Source of the DNA: a candidate division FCPU426 bacterium | GTDB lineage: Bacteria > Oederibacteriota > Muellerivitia > Muellerivitales > Muellerivitaceae | Length of the DNA: 64,000 bases | Reading direction: 5' to 3' | NCBI GenBank assembly: GCA_963719085.1 | Contig: CAVRAL010000001.1 | Location: 896,001 to 960,000 of the forward strand | In this document: positions 17,946 through 27,401 of the stretch, in pieces | How positions within the stretch are numbered: position 1 is the first letter of the stretch | How the letters are laid out: each line of letters starts with the position of its first letter | The notes under the pieces: model-generated | Seen by the model: only the letters and a program-made list of their open reading frames with translations | Databases searched by the model: none | Told to the model about the DNA's origin: nothing | Position numbers and translations under genes: made by a program

Positions 17946-20900
17946 TCAATGAAGAACGATGACTTTTCCGGTTTTGTGGTAATCGAATGATCTGTTTGAA
18001 ACTTCGATGGCGTAAAGATACAGTCCGCTGGCCACATCCGCTCCCTCTCCATTGTTTAACTTCCAAATGAGGTTATTAAGCCCGACGGTTCCTGTCATTT
18101 TCCCCTCATAGACCTTTTCCCCCGAGATGGTGTAAAGAATCAGCTCAATTTGGGCCTCTTGAGTCAATTGCACTTGGAACCGAATCGGCTCCTCATCCGT
18201 GGAGATGTTCGGTATTGCTAAAACTGAAACAGTATCTTCAGGAGCCGTTGTCGGGGTCGGTGTAATAGGCAACGTTGGAGTCATAGTCAATGTCGGCGAA
18301 GAGGTTGGCGTTTCCGTGATATGAGGTTCGGTAATTGAAACCGCTTCAGCCATGGCAATCTCTCCCGAGGGGGTTGGAGTTTTCGTCGGCGTTCTAGTCG
18401 GCGTAATCGTAGGCGTTTTCGTCGGTGTTTTGGTTATCGTTGGAGAAAACGTTCGCGTTATCGTCGGAGTCATCGTAATTGTCTTTGTTTTGGTAGGCGT
18501 CCACGTCGAAGTTTTACTGGGCGTGATCGTTGGCGTCCGGGTGATCGTCGGAGTTCTGGTTATGGTCGGAGTTTGAGTCACCGTCTTGGTAGCCGTCGGG
18601 GTCTTCGTAACCGTTGAAGTCCGGGTGATCGTCAGCGTAAAGGTGACAGTTCGAGTAAATGTTGGTGTAGTGGTAGCCGTTATAGTGGGCGTAAAAGTTC
18701 CTGTTTTCGTAATAGTCGGCGTTGCAGTCGACGTAATCGTCGGTGTCAGACTCGGCGTCAAAGTGGGTGTTCCTGTTGTTGTCGCCGTGATTGTCATCGT
18801 GGGCGACGGCGTGTTTGTCGAAGTAAAGCTTGGTGTAGGCGTAATAGTTGGTGTACTTGTGAAAGACGGCGTTTGGGTGGCTGTAGTAGTAAAAGTAGCC
18901 GTATTAGTCGGAGTAATCGTAAAAGTAGGCGTGGCCGTTGAAGTCGCTGTCGGGCTTTGGGTTGGCGTCTGGGTGGAAGAAATTGGACAATTCAGTCCAC
19001 AGGGCGAGAATTTTTGAACCCTGTCGGAGATCAATTCCGTGGTGTAAAGGTTATTGGAGCTGTCAAAAGCAATTCCGTTCACTTGGTTGAATTGGCTATT
19101 ACCCGTCGGCGCGAAAGTCCCAAGGTAAGAACCGGTATTCGTGAAGGCTTGGATATTGTTATTCTGCCAATCGGTCACATAGACGTTTCCGCAAGGGCCC
19201 ACCGCCACCCCGTAAGGACCATAAAATTGGTCAGTCCCCGAACCTTGCGATCCCCATTGAGTGATATAGGTCCCACCAGTTGTAAATTTTTCAACCCGAT
19301 CATTCGAGAAAGGCGGTCCAAAAGTGGTTCCACGATAATCAACAATGTAGATGTATCCTAATCCATCCAGCGCGACCCCCAACGGATCATTAAACTGACC
19401 ATTTCCGGCGCCATTACTTCCCCATTGAGTCACATAGCCATTAGATGAATTGAATACTTGAATTCGATAATTTCTGGAATCCGAGACATAAGAATTTCCA
19501 CTTCCATCGACCGCTATCCCAACGGGCCCTTCAAACATGCCGTTTCCACTTCCAGCCGTACCCCATTGCGTTACATAAGTTCCACCTGAAGTTAAAACCT
19601 GGATACGATTATTGCCAAAATCCGCAATATAAACATTCCCACCGGGACCTATCGCTATCCCAGCGGGCTGATTGAATTGGCCAACTCCACTTCCGGCTGT
19701 CAAACCGCCCCAGGTCGCCAACCACGTTCCACTAGTGGTGAATTTTTGAATTCGATTATTCGTCGTCTCTGACACATAAACCCAACCATTCGCCGAATCC
19801 ACCGCGATATTAGCCGGTTGAATGAACTGGCCATTGCTCGTTCCATACCCGCCCCACTGAAGGCTGGGACAAAACATCGGTTGCGGCGTGGGCGTGGGCG
19901 TCGCCGTCGGGGCGCCCGGCGTGGGGGTCGCCAGTTCACAACAAGGGGAATTCCAAGTCCAAGGTGTGGTACTGGTATCATTCGTCAAAACACTCCACAC
20001 ATACCCCAGGTATGAAATCACAATTCCAGTACCCGAAGAGAACGAAAAGGGCGTCGCCGTATCCGTCTCACTCCAATTAGCCCCATTCGTCGAAACCCAA
20101 ACATCACTCAAAGTTCCACCGCTACCCGTCCCTCCGACTATCCACATGGAATTACCGCATACCACACCCGAAGCTCCAAATCTTCCCGAGGTGAACGCGC
20201 TGTTGGTAGCCTGCGTCCAATTAATTCCGTCTGAGGAAGACCAAGCGTCGTTATAAGCAATTCCCGAAGCCCAACTTGAATAGGTTCCACCGATGACCCA
20301 CATTTGATTGTTGAACGTAAGACAGGTCGGACTCCATCTTGGGCCGAAATTGGCCGACGCACTCGTTTCCGTCCAATTGATTCCATCTGAGGAAGACCAA
20401 ACATCATTTAAATATTGATTCGTATAGGGATCACCGTAGCTCAAGGACGGATCGCCAGCAATCACCCACATTTTATTGTTGTAAGCCAAGAGCCCAAAAT
20501 CAAACCTGGGCGGAAAAGGCGCGGCCGATGTCACTTTTGTCCAAGTCGATCCGTTGCTGGAATGCCAAACATTCGAAGTTGTCCCTCCGGGACCCGCATA
20601 AGCATAAACTCCACCCACCACCCATATCTGGCCATTGAAAACCACCGACTGCTCGCCTTGCATATTTTGCGGACTTATGGGTATGGTTCCCACCAGCGTC
20701 CAATTAATACCATTGAACGAAGAATAGGCTTGGCCCCCTGAAGTAATCACCCACATCCTCGGCCCTAATCCATCCTGCGGATCAAATACAAAATTGTTAC
20801 CCGCCGAACCCAATAAATCAGTTGGCGCATTGGTCGTCAACGATGTCCATGTATTTCCCGGTTGGCCCGCTGCGCACATTCCAAATGTCGGTGTCGGCGT

Positions 20901-22844
20901 CGGGGATTGAGGAGTATAGGTGGGACTAGGGGTGAATGTAGGCGTGGGAGTAAAAGTTGGCGCAAAACCTTGAAGATCATCGAACAAGTTGCACTGCGGA
21001 CTCCCCAAACCCGTGGTCAGGTCATAACCGGAAACGGCTTGATATTGGCTTGGAACGGTACCCCAATAATTGTTACTACCAATTTGAATGTCATGAAAAT
21101 CGTTGGCATAATTCGTCAACGCCAATGAATATAACGCGGGATTCGCAAAACCAATCGGTCCCTTCCCAGCGGATGCCGCTTGTTGATTAACCAAAGCCAT
21201 AAATCCCGCCCAAAGAGGCGCGGCAGCACTGGTTCCGCCAGTGCCATAAGCTTCACCCATGAAATAAAACATGATGTCATCCGCGACTAACGCGACGTCC
21301 GGAATATTCCGATACAAAGACGACGCGGAGTTCGTGCCATTCACAAATGGCACTTGATACGTCGGGATCGGAACTGGGGTGTAAATCGGCCCGCCACAGA
21401 TTCCACCACTACTAACCTCGTTGGGTGCTGGCGTAAGGGTCGCCGAGGGACCCGGAGAATCATTCCAAACCGTTTCCCCCGACCAAGTTTCGTTACTTCC
21501 AGTCGCTAAATTGGTTCCACCGACAACTGTGAAATTTGAAAGTTGATCCATGGGCGCTTCGATGACCGGCTGCGGGTCACTGGTGACATAGGCGCCTAAA
21601 TCACCTGAAGCCTGGAAAAAGGATTGTCCATCCGCTTGAAATTGGAGAATTGAAGTTTGTAAGTTACCATCTGTGGAATAAGTTGGCCATGACCATGAAC
21701 TGCTAATGAGATTACAAAATGGGGCATTTATAGAACTAGGGTTGGCTATAGCGGCAAAAACATCATCAGGTATAAAATTATTGTCATTACCTTCAAAAAC
21801 CGCTAACTGGGATAACCCCGGCGCCATCGCAATTACCATCTCTACATCCAGGGTCACTTCACTGGTATAGGCATAAGGACTTTGTGGTGGATTCGCGTCC
21901 GGAACTCCACTGAATCCATCCAATAAGTAGTTGTTTATGGAAAGTGTCGGAGCAGGCAATCCATAAGCGACCGCGGCGCTCTCGTAGTTGTTAATGTCAT
22001 TTGATAGATACCCGTCAAATTCCACCAAGGCAACCGATTGGCCTGTTCCAGTAAGAGAAACACAGGGTACATAAGCCTTCCTGAAATCCTCACCAATATA
22101 ATAACCGTAAAAAGAACCATCGAGAGCGTTTGTGGTCAGATTTCCCTTTTCAGCTCCTGGCGAAGTTTTTACGGACTTCGACGGACTCAGAGAGGACGGC
22201 AAAACATTCCGAGTAGATTTCATCGACGACTTTGGTTGTTCATAATTTTCAAGTCCGCTAATATGCAAAATCGGGACGTCCAAATCCAGGGAAGGCTCCA
22301 CATCGGACGCACGAAACAAACTACCATCGGGCCGTTTATAATTATTCAGATGCAAATAAAAAGTTTTTTCAATGTCGGCGGCGGTTCCACTGACATCAAT
22401 CAAGGCTCGATTGGTATATGCCCTCTGTATCTTTAGATTATGAGAGATTAAAAAATTCTCTACCGCTCTAAAATCAGATTCAGTCGGACCAAACATTTCC
22501 GTAAATTTTTCCGGAGTTAAAAACTTTCTGAAGTTTAGGCTTTTAGGATCGTAAATATCCTTCAATAGGTATTGCAAAGCTTCCTGGTTTCTCAACGGCA
22601 AGCCGATAGCGAGATTCAGTTGAGTGGAATCGGGAACACTCCCGACCAATTGTGAAATGATTCTCGCCGGAAGCATATGACCGTGAAGCTGTTGCCTACC
22701 AGTCGCCTGAGCGTAGGAGGGAAAAACGACAGTCAAAAACATCAAGAGTAATGTCAGATTTAAACCGAAATGAGATTTCCGTGAGTGGTTTGGGGAAGGA
22801 TTCAGTTTTCGGTTCATTGTCTTCGGCACCATATATAAATCCAT
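17946..22844 (-). CDS. Secreted S53 (sedolisin/kumamolisin-like) protease with kelch-like and NHL propellers, (T-x)n stalk and CTD/FlgD-Ig-like C-terminal domain
   Basis: Pro-domain (FRKFLTPEKFTEMFGP), EVTLDVE, ASGD.G, RNIPDV, GGTSAAAP, GYDLTTGLGSP; NDVWSSSDGINW repeats; GQF..P.GIA NHL repeats; VASGLYLY...KVIVLH end. Start may be 22817. Confidence 0.9.
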   Translation of the reverse strand: MDLYMVPKTMNRKLNPSPNHSRKSHFGLNLTLLLMFLTVVFPSYAQATGRQQLHGHMLPARIISQLVGSVPDSTQLNLAIGLPLRNQEALQYLLKDIYDPKSLNFRKFLTPEKFTEMFGPTESDFRAVENFLISHNLKIQRAYTNRALIDVSGTAADIEKTFYLHLNNYKRPDGSLFRASDVEPSLDLDVPILHISGLENYEQPKSSMKSTRNVLPSSLSPSKSVKTSPGAEKGNLTTNALDGSFYGYYIGEDFRKAYVPCVSLTGTGQSVALVEFDGYLSNDINNYESAAVAYGLPAPTLSINNYLLDGFSGVPDANPPQSPYAYTSEVTLDVEMVIAMAPGLSQLAVFEGNDNNFIPDDVFAAIANPSSINAPFCNLISSSWSWPTYSTDGNLQTSILQFQADGQSFFQASGDLGAYVTSDPQPVIEAPMDQLSNFTVVGGTNLATGSNETWSGETVWNDSPGPSATLTPAPNEVSSGGICGGPIYTPVPIPTYQVPFVNGTNSASSLYRNIPDVALVADDIMFYFMGEAYGTGGTSAAAPLWAGFMALVNQQAASAGKGPIGFANPALYSLALTNYANDFHDIQIGSNNYWGTVPSQYQAVSGYDLTTGLGSPQCNLFDDLQGFAPTFTPTPTFTPSPTYTPQSPTPTPTFGMCAAGQPGNTWTSLTTNAPTDLLGSAGNNFVFDPQDGLGPRMWVITSGGQAYSSFNGINWTLVGTIPISPQNMQGEQSVVFNGQIWVVGGVYAYAGPGGTTSNVWHSSNGSTWTKVTSAAPFPPRFDFGLLAYNNKMWVIAGDPSLSYGDPYTNQYLNDVWSSSDGINWTETSASANFGPRWSPTCLTFNNQMWVIGGTYSSWASGIAYNDAWSSSDGINWTQATNSAFTSGRFGASGVVCGNSMWIVGGTGSGGTLSDVWVSTNGANWSETDTATPFSFSSGTGIVISYLGYVWSVLTNDTSTTPWTWNSPCCELATPTPGAPTATPTPTPQPMFCPSLQWGGYGTSNGQFIQPANIAVDSANGWVYVSETTNNRIQKFTTSGTWLATWGGLTAGSGVGQFNQPAGIAIGPGGNVYIADFGNNRIQVLTSGGTYVTQWGTAGSGNGMFEGPVGIAVDGSGNSYVSDSRNYRIQVFNSSNGYVTQWGSNGAGNGQFNDPLGVALDGLGYIYIVDYRGTTFGPPFSNDRVEKFTTGGTYITQWGSQGSGTDQFYGPYGVAVGPCGNVYVTDWQNNNIQAFTNTGSYLGTFAPTGNSQFNQVNGIAFDSSNNLYTTELISDRVQKFSPCGLNCPISSTQTPTQSPTATSTATPTFTITPTNTATFTTTATQTPSFTSTPTITPTPSFTSTNTPSPTMTITATTTGTPTLTPSLTPTITSTATPTITKTGTFTPTITATTTPTFTRTVTFTLTITRTSTVTKTPTATKTVTQTPTITRTPTITRTPTITPSKTSTWTPTKTKTITMTPTITRTFSPTITKTPTKTPTITPTRTPTKTPTPSGEIAMAEAVSITEPHITETPTSSPTLTMTPTLPITPTPTTAPEDTVSVLAIPNISTDEEPIRFQVQLTQEAQIELILYTISGEKVYEGKMTGTVGLNNLIWKLNNGEGADVASGLYLYAIEVSNRSFDYHKTGKVIVLH

Positions 22845-22995
22845 TCAAAAACATGTTCAAAACATACGATAGACGCGCAACGATTGAACGAAGAATAATC
22901 CAGAAAAAAAATACTTCAACAAAATTCTTTGTTAACTAAATAATAACTGCACTAAAACTGACCGGTCGCAATGAGCCACATCAGCAACGCCGGAA

Positions 22996-23009
22996 TTAAA
23001 CCGATTTTA
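22996..23009. promoter_or_regulatory. Candidate LacI-family operator upstream of the S53 protease
   Basis: TTAAACCGATTTTA, near-identical to the 3077 site; lies in AT-rich DNA, so chance match is possible. Confidence 0.4.
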
Positions 23010-23176
23010 CATTCAAGGTTTTCCGATTAACTAAAAATCAGAAACTTAAAAATAATCAGCTTCATTGGATTTATTTTTTTAGATTAGTTCGATTGCAGAG
23101 TTGGAAAAACAATGGATTACAATTGGTCTAAATCGCGATTCGAAAAATCCGAGTTGACTTAAAAGAGTACTCAAAT

Positions 23177-23211
23177 AAAAAAAGCCCACATCCTTTCGGA
23201 TGTGGGCTTTT
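23177..23211 (-). terminator. Intrinsic terminator after the CBM lipoprotein
   Basis: Perfect 10-bp stem GCCCACATCC, GAAA loop, followed by T7 on the minus strand. Confidence 0.9.
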
Positions 23212-23222
23212 ATGCTTAGTCG

Positions 23223-24764
23223 TTATGGTATTAGAGTAATGTCGTCCACCCAAAGGTCAAAGTTTCCGGCACCTTGCGGTTGCCATTGCATTTGCCCGAC
23301 TTGAGTCGTATCCACGGGATGCGCAGGAGCACCACCGCAACTTCCCCCTGAATATGTGGCCGCAGTCGTCATTGCACTGAACGTAATCGTCACCGGTGTC
23401 CAGGCAGCGCTCGCGGAGAGCGCAGAAGCAAGCTGGTTTGGCGGATAACAAGAACCACCACCATTCCAATTCTCCTCATCTGTTATGGCGAATTGATAAC
23501 TGGTACTCGTGGCGCTACGGACATAAAAGGCAACTTTTGTATAAGAGGAAATATCATTTGAGAACGTGTTCGAAGCCCCTAACCAAAAACCCATTCCGCA
23601 ATAAGCCGTTTCAGTTCCTGAAATATGAGCAGCCAGACTATTTCCGCCAGTGTGGCCCGGCGCGCTCAAGAAAAACGCCGTACCTGGCTCTCCCAACGGA
23701 CACATATTGGCTTCTGTTCCACTATAGGGCGGCACGTTTGGACTTGGCCCATCTCCATAGGCAAACCAGTATCCTCCAGCTCCGGCACCATATTGTATTT
23801 GAGCGGTTCCCGTTACATTGGTATTGTTCATTACCGCTTGGAAATTATCGATAACGTTCGCCGCTGGCGGAGTCGCAGCCGCAGGGGCGGCAGCGTTGGT
23901 GAAATGAATATCGTCCAAGGAGATGTCCGCGTCGTAATTTGTCGTCCCATTACTCTGGGGAACAAACTTAACCGTGGATAAACCCGTAGGGTCGACATTG
24001 GACCCAGTCTTGCTCAAGGCTTGATTGTAAAAAACCGTGTATTGCTTCCAAGTATTCGTTAACGGAATCGCCACGTAATGATCAGTAGAAGTAGCCGCGT
24101 CAACAAAATCAACGTTGACCACTTGAACTTGTGTGCAATTGGTCGCCGGGAAACTATTAGCGATCGCATAAAAGCTGATGCCCGTATAGGTTGAGCCAAC
24201 CGTCGCGTCATAAGCGGTTCCACCGCTTAAAAATGTAAAATAAAGTTGATCATAGGTTGAATAGGACCCCGAAAGCTCAACAGCAGTCGTGGAAACGTAT
24301 CCGGTCGTAGGAGTAAAGGTTACAGAAGCTCCATCCGAGTTAGCTCCCCAGTATCCAGTTCGAGCGACTGAGTTTTGATCTGTAATCGCTGCGATATTGG
24401 CTACGTTATCCTGGCCTGCTCCCCCGGTTGATTCAAAATCATCGATCAATGTCAGATCCGGAGTGTTTGTGGCCGTAGGAGTAGCGGTTGCTGTAACCGT
24501 TGGCGTCGAAGTTATTGTAAAAGTATTTGTCGGAGGCGCCGGAGTGTTGGTAATGGTAAAGGTCGCCGTGGGACCATTCGGGGTCGGAGTGATGGTCGGC
24601 GTTAAGGTAGCTGTCGGCGGAATCGGCGTAAAGGTATTCGTCGGAGAAGTGTTCAAGGGGATGGTCGGGAGAACCGATATCTGGCGTGTGCAACCCAAGA
24701 ATAAACCGGTTAAAGAGACGCCGATTAAGGTAAAGCAAATCGCAAGATTTCTCCAGATTCTCAT
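23223..24764 (-). CDS. Lipoprotein with Thr/Pro stalk and two CBM11/CIA30-like beta-sandwich modules
   Basis: Lipobox LFLGC; two modules IDDFE...GYW...Y.GISFY...W.QYTV.F...DDI. Confidence 0.75.
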   Translation of the reverse strand: MRIWRNLAICFTLIGVSLTGLFLGCTRQISVLPTIPLNTSPTNTFTPIPPTATLTPTITPTPNGPTATFTITNTPAPPTNTFTITSTPTVTATATPTATNTPDLTLIDDFESTGGAGQDNVANIAAITDQNSVARTGYWGANSDGASVTFTPTTGYVSTTAVELSGSYSTYDQLYFTFLSGGTAYDATVGSTYTGISFYAIANSFPATNCTQVQVVNVDFVDAATSTDHYVAIPLTNTWKQYTVFYNQALSKTGSNVDPTGLSTVKFVPQSNGTTNYDADISLDDIHFTNAAAPAAATPPAANVIDNFQAVMNNTNVTGTAQIQYGAGAGGYWFAYGDGPSPNVPPYSGTEANMCPLGEPGTAFFLSAPGHTGGNSLAAHISGTETAYCGMGFWLGASNTFSNDISSYTKVAFYVRSATSTSYQFAITDEENWNGGGSCYPPNQLASALSASAAWTPVTITFSAMTTAATYSGGSCGGAPAHPVDTTQVGQMQWQPQGAGNFDLWVDDITLIP

Positions 24765-24805
24765 GAACGGACCCCCGGGGTTAATTTAACTTATCTCTGT
24801 AATGG

Positions 24806-24820
24806 GCATATTGGGTGCCA
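24806..24820 (-). promoter_or_regulatory. sigma54 (-24/-12) promoter of the CBM lipoprotein gene
   Basis: TGGCAC-CCAAT-ATGC with canonical GG-N10-GC spacing, about 42 bp upstream of ATG. Confidence 0.65.
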
Positions 24821-24873
24821 AAAGCAACGTCATAAATTACCACAAATAAGGCTTTTTTCAATAAGGCGGACCC

Positions 24874-24887
24874 TGAAAACGGTTTCA
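24874..24887. promoter_or_regulatory. Candidate LacI-family operator
   Basis: TGAAAACGGTTTCA, near-perfect CG-centred palindrome. Confidence 0.6.
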
Positions 24888-24955
24888 TGGGCTCCGAAAT
24901 GTCATAAAACAATCCAAAAGCGTGGGCTTTCTGACTGAGTTTACCCTAGATACAA

Positions 24956-24992
24956 AGTACCCGGGCTTCGCCTAACGGCTACGCCGGGTGCT
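24956..24992. repeat. REP-like palindrome
   Basis: AGTACCCGG-GCTTCGCCTAACGGCTACG-CCGGGTGCT; shares GCTTCG/CTACG cores with 1-27. Confidence 0.45.
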
Positions 24993-25027
24993 CCAAACCC
25001 ATTATTAAAATTTCAATGAAGTTTGGA

Positions 25028-27187
25028 TCATATGCCTTTCATTTTTAGGATGTTTCTCAGCTTTTCCTTCACATCCTCGTTATCCGGATCCTCGTTTAAA
25101 ATTCTCTCATATATCTTGAGTGCTTCCACGAACAAGCCCTGCTTGGCGTAAATATCGGCCAAAGTTTGACGGATAAAGGGATCCTCGAGCGAATCGCCGC
25201 CCACCCCGGTTCCCAACTGGGCCGCCGGCACCCCCGCGGGCCCGGAAGGTTTCGAAACCGCGGGCGCCGGCAAAGGCGGCGGGGCCGGGGGCGCGGTCTT
25301 CTTTTCCCGTTCCTTTTCCTGCCGTAAACGTTCCATTCCGTGGGAAATTTCCTGGTTCACCTGCGCCCGGGCGGTTTCGTGGACCTTTTTTTGCTCCTCA
25401 AACTTGGCCCGTTCTTGTTCCTGTTTTTGAAGCGCGGCCTGGAGTTGGGCTTCCCGCGCGGCGTCTTTTTCCCGGCGCTCTTTCTCGGCGGCTTCCGACT
25501 GGGCCCGGTCCTTCATTTCCCGCTCGAGTTGCTCCCGGATTTTCTGCTCATAGGACAGCTTGGTTTGTTCCAACTCATCCTTAATCTTATTGATGGATTC
25601 AAGTTTTTCCTTGTCGAGCCGTTCCCGCTCCTGCAGCAGCTTCATTTGCTTTTCCTCGAATTCCTTCGAGATCTTCTCGCGCAGCTCGTCTTCCTTCGTG
25701 CGCTGGACCTGCTCCATGAGTTTGGATTCCAGGTCCTGCTTCAACCGCATCTGCTCCAATTCCCGCTTCATCTCAGCCTCGAACTGCCGCTCTTGGGCGT
25801 ACCGCTTTTGTTCCTCGGCCAACCGGCGGGTCTGCTCTTCCATTTCCTTGCGCATCTGTTCCTTGAGCTCACGTTCCAACTCGGCCTTGATCTCCTCGGG
25901 CGAGGGGTGTTTCTCCACCGGTTCGGCGGCCCGGGCCATCAAGGCGTAGACCTGCTGCAGCCGGGTGCGGATTTCCGGCCACTCCGGCCAGCGCTTGAGC
26001 ATGTCGAGGTAAACGTCGATCGACTGCTCAAACAAGCCCTTCTCCGAATAGGACTCGGCCTGGGCCAGCATGTTCTTTTTATCCTGCTCGTCGTCATTGG
26101 GAGTCGCGGCCACGGCCGCTTCCGGAGCCGGAGGCTCCTCGGGAATCGGGGCTTCCAGGGGCGGCGGATTCAACCCCAGGGTATAGGTTTTGACGTCCTC
26201 ATTTTCCGGATCCATTTCCAGGATCACGCGCTGGATATCCCTCGCCTCGTCCAAAAGGTTCTCGCTGAAATAAACGTTGAGGATTTTGAGATAAACGCTT
26301 ACCGCCTGGGGCGCCTGTCCCAATCGCGCGTAAGCCATGGCCAAATATTTCAAGGCACCGACATGGTTTTCCTGTTTGGCTAAAAACTTCTCGAAAGCCG
26401 ACCGGGCTTCCTCGAATTTTTGCTGGTTGAAGTAGATGACACCCAAGTGGTAGTAGGTCTCGACGTCGCCCAGTTGGATGGAACGCTGGGCCGTTTTCTC
26501 GGCTTTTTCCAAATCGTTTTTGCCGATATAAATCTCGACCAAGTTTTGAAGGCTGGAAACCGCGGCGTCGATTTGCTTGGCTTCCACCAAAAGATCGCTT
26601 AATTTTTCCCGGGCCTCGATGTTGTAGGGGTCCCAAGCGGTCACCGTTTGAAGGATGTCAACCAGCTTTCCCGTTTGGGTGGCCGGGTCCAAAAGCGAGG
26701 CCAGGTTCATCAAAAGCTCGATGGCCTCAAACTTCTGGCCTTTTTTCATCAAAAGCTTGGCCAGCTGAATATTGACATCCAGGCGGGCGGGTTCGGCTTT
26801 CAGGATGGAGCGGTAAATGTCGGCGGCTTTGTCGGGCTCGGCCTCCTCGGCCTGGGCGGCCTTTTCCATGTAACGGTCGATCAAGTTTTTGACCGCGGCC
26901 AAAAGCTCGGTGTCGTTGGGCATCAGCTTGAGCATGCGCTTGTAGACCTGCAGGACCTTATCGACCTGGTTTTTCTGGTCGAAGCCCTGCGCCACGAGGT
27001 CATATTGTTTGAGGGCTTCCTTGGCGTCGCCTTTTTTGGCGTAAATATCCGCCAACATGTTGTGGACGTTGAGGTCCTTCGAGTCCATCTCGGCGAGTTT
27101 GTGGTATTCCTCGATAGCCCTATCCCAATCACCTTTTTGGTAATAGGAATAGGCGGTTTTAATTAGGGCTGACTTGTCCTCGGGCAA
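25028..27187 (-). CDS. TPR-repeat protein with long coiled coil and C-terminal TPR
   Basis: Multiple TPR helices, E/Q/K/R-rich coil, TLADIYAKQG C-terminal TPR; TTG start with AAGGAG SD. Confidence 0.85.
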   Translation of the reverse strand: MPEDKSALIKTAYSYYQKGDWDRAIEEYHKLAEMDSKDLNVHNMLADIYAKKGDAKEALKQYDLVAQGFDQKNQVDKVLQVYKRMLKLMPNDTELLAAVKNLIDRYMEKAAQAEEAEPDKAADIYRSILKAEPARLDVNIQLAKLLMKKGQKFEAIELLMNLASLLDPATQTGKLVDILQTVTAWDPYNIEAREKLSDLLVEAKQIDAAVSSLQNLVEIYIGKNDLEKAEKTAQRSIQLGDVETYYHLGVIYFNQQKFEEARSAFEKFLAKQENHVGALKYLAMAYARLGQAPQAVSVYLKILNVYFSENLLDEARDIQRVILEMDPENEDVKTYTLGLNPPPLEAPIPEEPPAPEAAVAATPNDDEQDKKNMLAQAESYSEKGLFEQSIDVYLDMLKRWPEWPEIRTRLQQVYALMARAAEPVEKHPSPEEIKAELERELKEQMRKEMEEQTRRLAEEQKRYAQERQFEAEMKRELEQMRLKQDLESKLMEQVQRTKEDELREKISKEFEEKQMKLLQERERLDKEKLESINKIKDELEQTKLSYEQKIREQLEREMKDRAQSEAAEKERREKDAAREAQLQAALQKQEQERAKFEEQKKVHETARAQVNQEISHGMERLRQEKEREKKTAPPAPPPLPAPAVSKPSGPAGVPAAQLGTGVGGDSLEDPFIRQTLADIYAKQGLFVEALKIYERILNEDPDNEDVKEKLRNILKMKGI

Positions 27188-27401
27188 AGCGGGGAAACTC
27201 CTTCAAACGGGAGACTTGGAGAAAGCAATTTAACACATTCGGGCGCCGCTGCGCTATGCCGGACAAAACCGAGCTTCGCCGGAAAACGGCGCCACTGGGC
27301 AGGCGCCGATGTCGGGCGTTGAAAGGGCCGAAATAAGCGGCCGGGATGGGTCGAAATGCCGTGAAAAGCGGGCATTATTCCCCACCCCGCCAAACCCCGC
27401 T

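Noticed and set aside
18352..19017. Val/Gly-rich plus-strand ORFs (also 13633-13830 and 24397-24789)
   Set aside because: Simply the reverse complement of Thr/Pro codon tracts
17946..24764. AT-richer block as a genomic island or prophage
   Set aside because: No integrase, att repeats or phage genes; the genes share the host's (T-x)n, CTD and operator features
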